Shown: positions 8,837 to 14,542 of the stretch, one piece after another
How the letters are laid out: the number at the start of each line of letters is the position of its first letter
Numbering within the stretch: the stretch's first letter is position 1
Assembly: GCF_014202395.1 (NCBI RefSeq)
Contig: NZ_JACHGQ010000001.1
Span: forward strand, 240,311 to 264,310
Direction: 5' to 3'
DNA: 24,000 nucleotides
Origin: Histophilus somni
GTDB taxonomy: Bacteria; Pseudomonadota; Gammaproteobacteria; Enterobacterales; Pasteurellaceae
Notes under the pieces: model-generated
What the model was told of the DNA's origin: nothing
What the model saw: the letters and a program-made list of their open reading frames with translations, nothing else
Database searches by the model: none
Program-made: the position numbers and the translations under genes

Positions 8837-10252
8837 ATGGAAAATTTCGAACATTTACCAGAACCGTTCCGTATTCGTGTTATTGAACCTGTCAAACGTA
8901 CAACTCGTGCCTATCGTGATGAATCTATCTTAAAAGCAGGCATGAATCTATTTTTATTAGACAGTGAAGATATTTTTATTGATCTATTAACTGATAGTGG
9001 TACAGGTGCCGTTACTCAAGATATGCAGGCTGCCATGCTAAGAGGTGATGAAGCTTATAGCGGAAGTCGCAGTTACTATGCTCTTGCCAATGCAGTGAAA
9101 GAAATCTTTGGTTATGAATACACAATTCCAACCCATCAAGGTCGTGGTGCAGAACAAATTTATATTCCTGTCTTGATCAAAAAACGTGAGCAAGAAAAAG
9201 GGTTGGATAGAAATAAAATGGTTGTTTTCTCTAACTATTTTTTTGACACTACTCAAGGTCATAGCCAATTAAATGGTGCAACTGTACGTAATGTCTATAT
9301 AAAAGAAGCTTTTGACACAGATGTAGATCATGATTTCAAAGGTAATTTTGATTTAGAAAAACTGGAACAAGGTATTTTAGAAGTTGGAGCAAATAATGTT
9401 CCTTACATTGTATGTACTATTACCTGTAATTCTGCCGGTGGACAACCGGTATCTCTTGCCAATATGAAAGCCATGTACCAAATTGCACGTAAATATGATA
9501 TTCCTGTGATTATGGATTCGGCTCGCTTCGCTGAAAATGCCTACTTTATTCAACAACGTGAAGCAGAATACAAAGATTGGACTATTGAACAAATTACTTA
9601 CGAAAGCTATAAATATGCAGATGCCTTGGCTATGTCTGCAAAAAAAGATGCAATGGTACCTATGGGAGGACTACTCTGCTTCAAAGATAATTCAATGGAA
9701 GATGTTTACAACGAGTGTCGTACACTTTGTGTTGTACAAGAAGGTTTCCCTACCTATGGTGGTCTAGAAGGTGGTGCAATGGAACGCCTAGCTGTAGGTT
9801 TACGTGATGGTATGCGTCAAGATTGGTTAGCTTATCGTATTAGCCAAATTGAATACCTTGTACAAGGTTTAGAAAAGATCGGTGTTGTTTGTCAACAACC
9901 CGGTGGACATGCCGCCTTTGTGGATGCAGGCAAATTATTACCACATATCCCAGCAGAACAATTCCCAGCTCAGGCTCTTGCTTGTGAATTATATAAAGTA
10001 GCAGGTATTCGATCCGTAGAAATCGGTTCTCTCCTATTAGGACGAGATCCGAAAACAGGTCAACAATTACCTTGCCCGGCTGAATTGTTACGTTTAACTA
10101 TTCCTCGTGCGACCTACACTCAAACACATATGGACTTCATCATTGAAGCATTCAAACAAGTGAAAGAGAATGCAAATAATATCAAAGGGTTAGATTTTAC
10201 TTATGAACCTAAAGTACTGCGTCATTTCACCGCTCGATTAAAAGAGATTTAA
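8837..10252 (+). CDS. tnaA: Tryptophanase (tryptophan indole-lyase, PLP-dependent)
   Basis: 471 aa. Long near-identical runs to recalled E. coli TnaA ([54 protein letters not shown] with the PLP lysine, [23 protein letters not shown]). SD GAGGA at 8825-8829. Confidence 0.98.
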   Translation: MENFEHLPEPFRIRVIEPVKRTTRAYRDESILKAGMNLFLLDSEDIFIDLLTDSGTGAVTQDMQAAMLRGDEAYSGSRSYYALANAVKEIFGYEYTIPTHQGRGAEQIYIPVLIKKREQEKGLDRNKMVVFSNYFFDTTQGHSQLNGATVRNVYIKEAFDTDVDHDFKGNFDLEKLEQGILEVGANNVPYIVCTITCNSAGGQPVSLANMKAMYQIARKYDIPVIMDSARFAENAYFIQQREAEYKDWTIEQITYESYKYADALAMSAKKDAMVPMGGLLCFKDNSMEDVYNECRTLCVVQEGFPTYGGLEGGAMERLAVGLRDGMRQDWLAYRISQIEYLVQGLEKIGVVCQQPGGHAAFVDAGKLLPHIPAEQFPAQALACELYKVAGIRSVEIGSLLLGRDPKTGQQLPCPAELLRLTIPRATYTQTHMDFIIEAFKQVKENANNIKGLDFTYEPKVLRHFTARLKEI

Positions 10253-10258
10253 TTTTGG

Positions 10259-10293
10259 CACCGCACTTTTAACAAAAAGTGCGGTGTTTTTTT
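10259..10293 (+). terminator. Strong USS-pair hairpin terminator between tnaA and tnaB
   Basis: CACCGCACTTTT-aaca-AAAAGTGCGGTG, a perfect 12-bp stem (10259-10286), followed by T7 (10287-10293). Built from an inverted pair of perfect USS 9-mers. Confidence 0.8.
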
Positions 10294-10317
10294 ATAGTTT
10301 TCAAAAGGAGCTATATT

Positions 10318-11547
10318 ATGCAAAAATCACCTTCTATTTTCGGTGGCGCTTGCATTATTGCGAGTGTCTGTGTCGGTGCCGGAATGTTAGGCTTACCTAC
10401 ATCTGGTGCGGGAGCTTGGACTATTTGGTCTGTCCTCACCATTGGATTTACGATGACTTGCATGACGTTATCCGGTTGGTTATTACTTGAGGCTTATAAA
10501 CATTTTGATTTACGAGCTTCTTTTAATACAGTCACCAAAAGCCTATTAGGTAATACTGTCAACATCATCAACAATTTATCCGTTTATTTTGTTGGAGGTA
10601 TTTTACTGTACGCTTATACTACAGCATCAGGTGGCATCCTAAGTGGATTAACAAGTGAAATGTTCAACATTGACTCTCGAGTTTGGTCAATTATCTTCGT
10701 TTTGATATTCTCTTTCTTTGTTTGGCATTCTACTCGCATTGTCGATCGCATTTCCGTTATATTAATTATTTTTATGGCAACCTCCTTTGTGCTTAGTGTA
10801 TTTGGCTTAACTAAAAATATTGACTTAGCCATTTTATTTAATACAAATACCGGCTCAGATAATAACTATGTCATATACACAATGGGTTTATTACCCGTTG
10901 CATTAACATCTTTCGGTTATCACCACTCGGTTGCAACAATGCGTGCATACTATAAAAATGAATATAAAGCCAAATTAGCTATTTTAGGCGGAACAATAAT
11001 TGCCCTTACACTCTATTTACTATGGGTCATTTCCATTTTTGGTAATCTGCCACGAAATCAATTTGCACCAATTATTGCCAGTGATGGCAATTTAGATGTG
11101 TTACTCAAAGCTTTGGGAAATGTAATTGAATCTGCATCGGTTAAACAAGCTATTAATGCTTTTTCCATTGCTGCAATTCTATCCTCTTTCATTGGTGTAG
11201 GTTTAGGTGTATTTGACTTCTTGGCTGACTTATTTAAATTTGATGACAACAAAATAGGGAGAACAAAATCTTGGGCAGTAACTTTCCTTCCTCCATTAAT
11301 ATTATCAGTTGCTTTCCCATTAGGTTTTTTGAAAGCTATCGGTTATGCAGGTGCGGTGGCAACAATTTGGGCTTGTATTATCCCTGCATTATTGGCTTAC
11401 AAATCACGTCAATTACCTAATGGTAAACAAGGATTTATGGTTGCAGGCGGAAACGTCACTATTCTACTGGTTATTCTATTTGGTATTGTTACCGCACTTT
11501 TCCATTTTCTATCGATGTTTAACATATTACCCTCTTTCAAAGGATAA
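10318..11547 (+). CDS. tnaB: Tryptophan-specific permease of the hydroxy/aromatic amino acid permease (HAAAP) family (TnaB/Mtr-like)
   Basis: About 409 aa polytopic membrane protein with the Mtr/TnaB/TyrP-type N-terminus (PS.FGGA.IIA..CVGAGMLGLP). Directly downstream of tnaA. I start at ATG 10318, which follows SD AAGGAG, not at the track GTG 10279, which lies inside the terminator. Confidence 0.9.
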   Translation: MQKSPSIFGGACIIASVCVGAGMLGLPTSGAGAWTIWSVLTIGFTMTCMTLSGWLLLEAYKHFDLRASFNTVTKSLLGNTVNIINNLSVYFVGGILLYAYTTASGGILSGLTSEMFNIDSRVWSIIFVLIFSFFVWHSTRIVDRISVILIIFMATSFVLSVFGLTKNIDLAILFNTNTGSDNNYVIYTMGLLPVALTSFGYHHSVATMRAYYKNEYKAKLAILGGTIIALTLYLLWVISIFGNLPRNQFAPIIASDGNLDVLLKALGNVIESASVKQAINAFSIAAILSSFIGVGLGVFDFLADLFKFDDNKIGRTKSWAVTFLPPLILSVAFPLGFLKAIGYAGAVATIWACIIPALLAYKSRQLPNGKQGFMVAGGNVTILLVILFGIVTALFHFLSMFNILPSFKG

Positions 11548-11852
11548 AATTTTGACTGAATTCTAATACCCTAAAATTTTTAGATAAAAATATAGCTAAA
11601 TTAGCTTCTCATTTTTGCTGAAATAAGTTATATTACCGCCCCAGTTTAATAACGTGGTTTAGAAATCTTGTATAAATAAAAGATTGACTTTCTCAACCAC
11701 GTTCAACACTCTTTCTATGGTAATGTTTTTTCTGCATCAGCAACATGTTAATATATATCCATAAATTTTCATTAAAAAACATCAAATCTTGTGATTTAGT
11801 TACCATTCTATTGAATTTGTTACATCTGAAAAGAATTAATCTTAACTTACCG

Positions 11853-11878
11853 GGACGCTATTTATAGCGTCCTTTTTT
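11853..11878 (+). terminator. Rho-independent terminator 34 nt upstream of the DHOD-like gene (orphan: about 305 nt after the tnaB stop)
   Basis: GGACGCTA-ttta-TAGCGTCC, an 8-bp GC-rich stem (11853-11872), followed by T6 (11873-11878). Confidence 0.75.
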
Positions 11879-11911
11879 ATTAACCATTATTTATTCATGG
11901 AGAAACTTAAA

Positions 11912-12898
11912 ATGAAAAAACTTTACATCAGCCCTGCAATATTAAATGCTCCTTGCCCTTGGTGTTCTGAATTAGAAAACTTACGTGAACTTTACGCCTG
12001 TGAATATACAGGTGCGGTTACAACCCGCACTTCTATGCTTGAACCTTATCCACACGATTGGGCAAAAAACCAATATGTATTATTTGATTCAGCCTCACAA
12101 CAAGCCGCCGGCGTCAATACAGCAAATGCTACTCTACAACAAACTACCAGCTTAAATACAATTGGACTTAGTCCCAATAATTTAGCGACTACCATTCGCT
12201 TTGTTCGTACTATCTCCGATGAATTAAAGACTATTTCCAACAAGCCTTTCATTATTTCCGTGTTTGGTTCACCTGAAGAAGTGGGAGAATGCTATGAGCA
12301 AATCGTGGCTCTGCAAACAGAAGTGAAGATGCCCTTAGCAATGGAAATCAATATTTCTTGCCCCAATATGCCCGGAGAAATTTCGCCTGCCTATGCCGCA
12401 GAAGAGTTATTACCTTATTTAAATGCGTTACAAACCACTTTAGCCAAGTTAAGTCTAGGGGAAGAGGCTTTACCGATTGGCATTAAAATTCCACCATTTA
12501 CCTATCAAAACCAATATGATGAATTAATTAATGGACTATTAAAATCGCTAACAGAAAATAAAACACTACCGATTTCCTTTATTACTTCTACTAATACGCT
12601 TGGCTCTTCATTAGTGATGCAAGAGGGGAAATCCATATTAAATTCTGAAACAGGAACAGGTATTGGAGGACTGGCAGGAACAGCAATTCACGCATTATCA
12701 TTAGGCAATGTCTATACTCTGCGTCAAATGCTGGATAAAGAACCAAAATTAAAAGACGTACAGATTATTGGTGTGGGCGGTGTTAATGACAAAGCCGGTT
12801 TTGAACGAATGAAAACCGCTGGAGCGGATTTCGTTGGGTTAGCCACCGCACTAGGAGTCAAAGGGATTCAGATTTTTGCAGAGATTTTGGAAGAATAA
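11912..12898 (+). CDS. Divergent class-1 dihydroorotate dehydrogenase-fold FMN enzyme (PyrD-1A-like; substrate uncertain)
   Basis: Motifs align to class 1A DHOD: EINISCPNMPG (Cys base context), IGIKIPPF, TSTNTLGSS, GIGGLAG, IIGVGGV and GADFVGLATAL. I prefer ATG 11912 (GGAGA 8 nt upstream) over the track start at 11897. Confidence 0.75.
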   Translation: MKKLYISPAILNAPCPWCSELENLRELYACEYTGAVTTRTSMLEPYPHDWAKNQYVLFDSASQQAAGVNTANATLQQTTSLNTIGLSPNNLATTIRFVRTISDELKTISNKPFIISVFGSPEEVGECYEQIVALQTEVKMPLAMEINISCPNMPGEISPAYAAEELLPYLNALQTTLAKLSLGEEALPIGIKIPPFTYQNQYDELINGLLKSLTENKTLPISFITSTNTLGSSLVMQEGKSILNSETGTGIGGLAGTAIHALSLGNVYTLRQMLDKEPKLKDVQIIGVGGVNDKAGFERMKTAGADFVGLATALGVKGIQIFAEILEE

Positions 12899-13034
12899 CG
12901 CTTGCAAGTAAAGAAATTTGACGTATGTTAGATTAGTGATTTAAGATTATTGCTATGCTTTTTATCGATTATTCATTTTCAGGAAATCATCATAGCTTCT
13001 CGCTTTCTACATAACCCAAAATTTCCCAATCCAA

Positions 13035-13069
13035 CCCGCACTTTTTGTTAAAAAGTGCGGGCTTTTTTT
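13035..13069 (+). terminator. Rho-independent terminator (imperfect USS pair), 137 nt downstream of the DHOD-like stop
   Basis: CCCGCACTTTTT-gtt-AAAAAGTGCGGG, a 12-bp stem (13035-13061), followed by C then T7. Confidence 0.8.
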
Positions 13070-13157
13070 ACTTTTTTACTTGTACTTCTCACTTTTTTGC
13101 TTCTTATCTTCATTTTTTACTTTTTTTATCTTTTTTCACATTTTTTTCATTTTTTTA
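13061..13157 (+). repeat. Array of helically phased T6-T7 tracts (about 10-bp period) immediately upstream of the -35 hexamer; predicted intrinsically curved DNA or UP-like element
   Basis: T-runs start at 13063, 13072, 13093, 13113, 13121, 13131, 13141 and 13151. The last five are consecutive at 8-10 bp spacing. Confidence 0.7.
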
Positions 13158-13185
13158 TTGACAGTCCCCCCCCCCCGCTTATAAT
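13158..13185 (+). promoter_or_regulatory. Consensus sigma70 promoter with a poly-C spacer, upstream of the adhesin gene
   Basis: TTGACA (13158-13163), then the 16-nt spacer GT-C11-GCT, then TATAAT (13180-13185). Both hexamers match consensus perfectly. Confidence 0.7.
13166..13176 (+). repeat. Homopolymeric C11 tract (simple sequence repeat prone to slipped-strand mispairing)
   Basis: Counted directly: 5 C at the end of block 13161-13170 plus 6 C at the start of block 13171-13180. It is the longest homopolymer I found in the window. Confidence 0.95.
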
Positions 13186-13338
13186 CCACCGCCCTTTATG
13201 AAATAACCCTTAAAGGGTTTTTGTTGTACATAGGATTTTAAGATTTATACATCTTAGTGGTTTTTCATCATCAATCGTCTCATTTGTCGCTTTTTTCTCA
13301 TGAGACATTATTTTTTTATTAGAGGATTTTTTTTCAAA

Positions 13339-14436
13339 ATGAACATGAACAAAACTTTTTTCCCTTTATCTTTAACTGCGGTAATGATTTTTAGTGCGAA
13401 TGTGGCTATGGCTCAGGCAGGTAAGAATTATTTTGCTTTTGAGGCGGATGGTACTACAGCTACTGGTACCGCCGATACTTATGAAGATAATATCGCCGTA
13501 GGAAAAGGTGCAAAAATCGAAAAAGTAGGTGGTAAGGCTAAAGCGGCTATCGCTGTTGGCTTTCAAGCCATAGCAACCGGCAATCAATCTATCGCTGCTG
13601 GTTACAAAGCAAAAACAACCGCTCAATCAGGAACGGCTGTAGGGGGAGAAACAGAGGCAGGCAATTATGCTTCTGCTTTTGGTCAAGGTGCTAAAGCAAA
13701 AAATTATCTCTCCACAGCGATTGGTTGGGGTACAAAATCACTAGCAGATCGTGCAGTAGCGGTTGGTTCTGGAGCTGAAGCTTCGGGCTTAAAATCTGTA
13801 AGTATTGGTAATACTGCCAAAGCATTAGCAGAACATGCTGTGGCAATAGGTAATGTAACTCATAATCACGGCAAAGAGTCTGTTGCTATAGGTTATAATA
13901 ACACTATAGAAGCAAGCTCTAACAATACTGTTGCTGTAGGGAATAACATTAAAACCACCGCTACAAACTCCGTCTTCCTCGGTGATTCTTCTGCTTATGT
14001 AGAAAAAGGCGAGACAACAGGCGGTATCGGTAAAGTCGACGGTAATTACGCCGGTGTTGATGCGAAAGGTGTCGTTTCCGTGGGAAACAAAGGCAATGAA
14101 CGTCGTATTCAAAATGTTGCTGCCGGTTTGCTTTCTCATCGCTCAACCGATGCGGTAAACGGTAGCCAATTACACGCAACCAACCAACGTGTTGAAGAGG
14201 TCAACAAAGACGCAAAAGCCGGTATCGCCGCCGCTATGGCTTTCAAAGAAGTCCCTTTCGTCCCGGGAAAATGGTCTTACGCCGCCGGTGCCGCTCGTTA
14301 TAGCAGCGAAAGTGCGGTCTCTTTAAACCTCGGTAGAACTTCCGCAAACGGAAAATATGCCATATCCGGCGGCATTTCTTCTGATAGTAGAGGCCGAGTT
14401 GGTTTCCGTGTCGGCATCAGCGGCGTATTTAACTAA
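13339..14436 (+). CDS. Trimeric autotransporter adhesin (YadA/Hia-like, short form, 365 aa)
   Basis: Sec signal peptide MNMNKTFFPLSLTAVMIFSANVAMA-QA. Repeated YadA-head motifs (AIAVG, SIAAG, AVAVGSGA, SVSIGN, AVAIGN, SVAIG, TVAVGN, SVFLGDSS). Neck/stalk signature RRIQNVAAG....STDAVNGSQL. C-terminal YadA-type 4-strand beta-barrel anchor (AGIAAAMAF...GFRVGISGVFN). I start at ATG 13339 rather than the track start at 13300. Confidence 0.9.
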   Translation: MNMNKTFFPLSLTAVMIFSANVAMAQAGKNYFAFEADGTTATGTADTYEDNIAVGKGAKIEKVGGKAKAAIAVGFQAIATGNQSIAAGYKAKTTAQSGTAVGGETEAGNYASAFGQGAKAKNYLSTAIGWGTKSLADRAVAVGSGAEASGLKSVSIGNTAKALAEHAVAIGNVTHNHGKESVAIGYNNTIEASSNNTVAVGNNIKTTATNSVFLGDSSAYVEKGETTGGIGKVDGNYAGVDAKGVVSVGNKGNERRIQNVAAGLLSHRSTDAVNGSQLHATNQRVEEVNKDAKAGIAAAMAFKEVPFVPGKWSYAAGAARYSSESAVSLNLGRTSANGKYAISGGISSDSRGRVGFRVGISGVFN

Positions 14437-14452
14437 TTCATCATATAAAACT

Positions 14453-14489
14453 AAACCGGCGATAGCAGTGTTGTTATCGCCGGTTTTTT
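14453..14489. terminator. Bidirectional terminator shared by the convergent adhesin and permease genes
   Basis: AAACCGGCGATA-(10 nt)-TATCGCCGGTTT, a 12-bp stem (14453-14486), with an A-rich 5' flank and a T-rich 3' flank. Confidence 0.8.
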
Positions 14490-14542
14490 GTAGATACTTT
14501 CGAGAGCTGACTAAGCTTACCCACCTAACATTTTATATACAA

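Noticed and set aside
11745-11867. 40-codon ORF (MLIYIHKFSLKNIKSCDLV...) in the tnaB-DHOD spacer. A 15-codon ORF at 11717..11764 and a 23-codon minus-strand ORF lie in the same region.
   Set aside because: None has a Shine-Dalgarno. The composition is what AT-rich non-coding DNA yields by chance, and the 40-codon ORF runs into the terminator stem. None is credible as a leader peptide or small protein without expression data.
13061-13157. The T-tract array considered as a CRISPR array or other spacer-repeat structure
   Set aside because: The repeat unit is about 10 bp and consists almost entirely of T. There are no unique spacers and no cas genes. Phased A/T-tract curvature next to a promoter explains it better.
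13372-14179. Antisense ORFs inside the adhesin gene (13372..13626, 13825..14139 and 13961..14179, all minus strand)
   Set aside because: They are fully embedded opposite a well-supported CDS with clear domain architecture. Their products are low-complexity and Cys/Arg-rich, with no SD or family resemblance. They look like typical shadow ORFs of a repeat-rich, relatively GC-rich gene.
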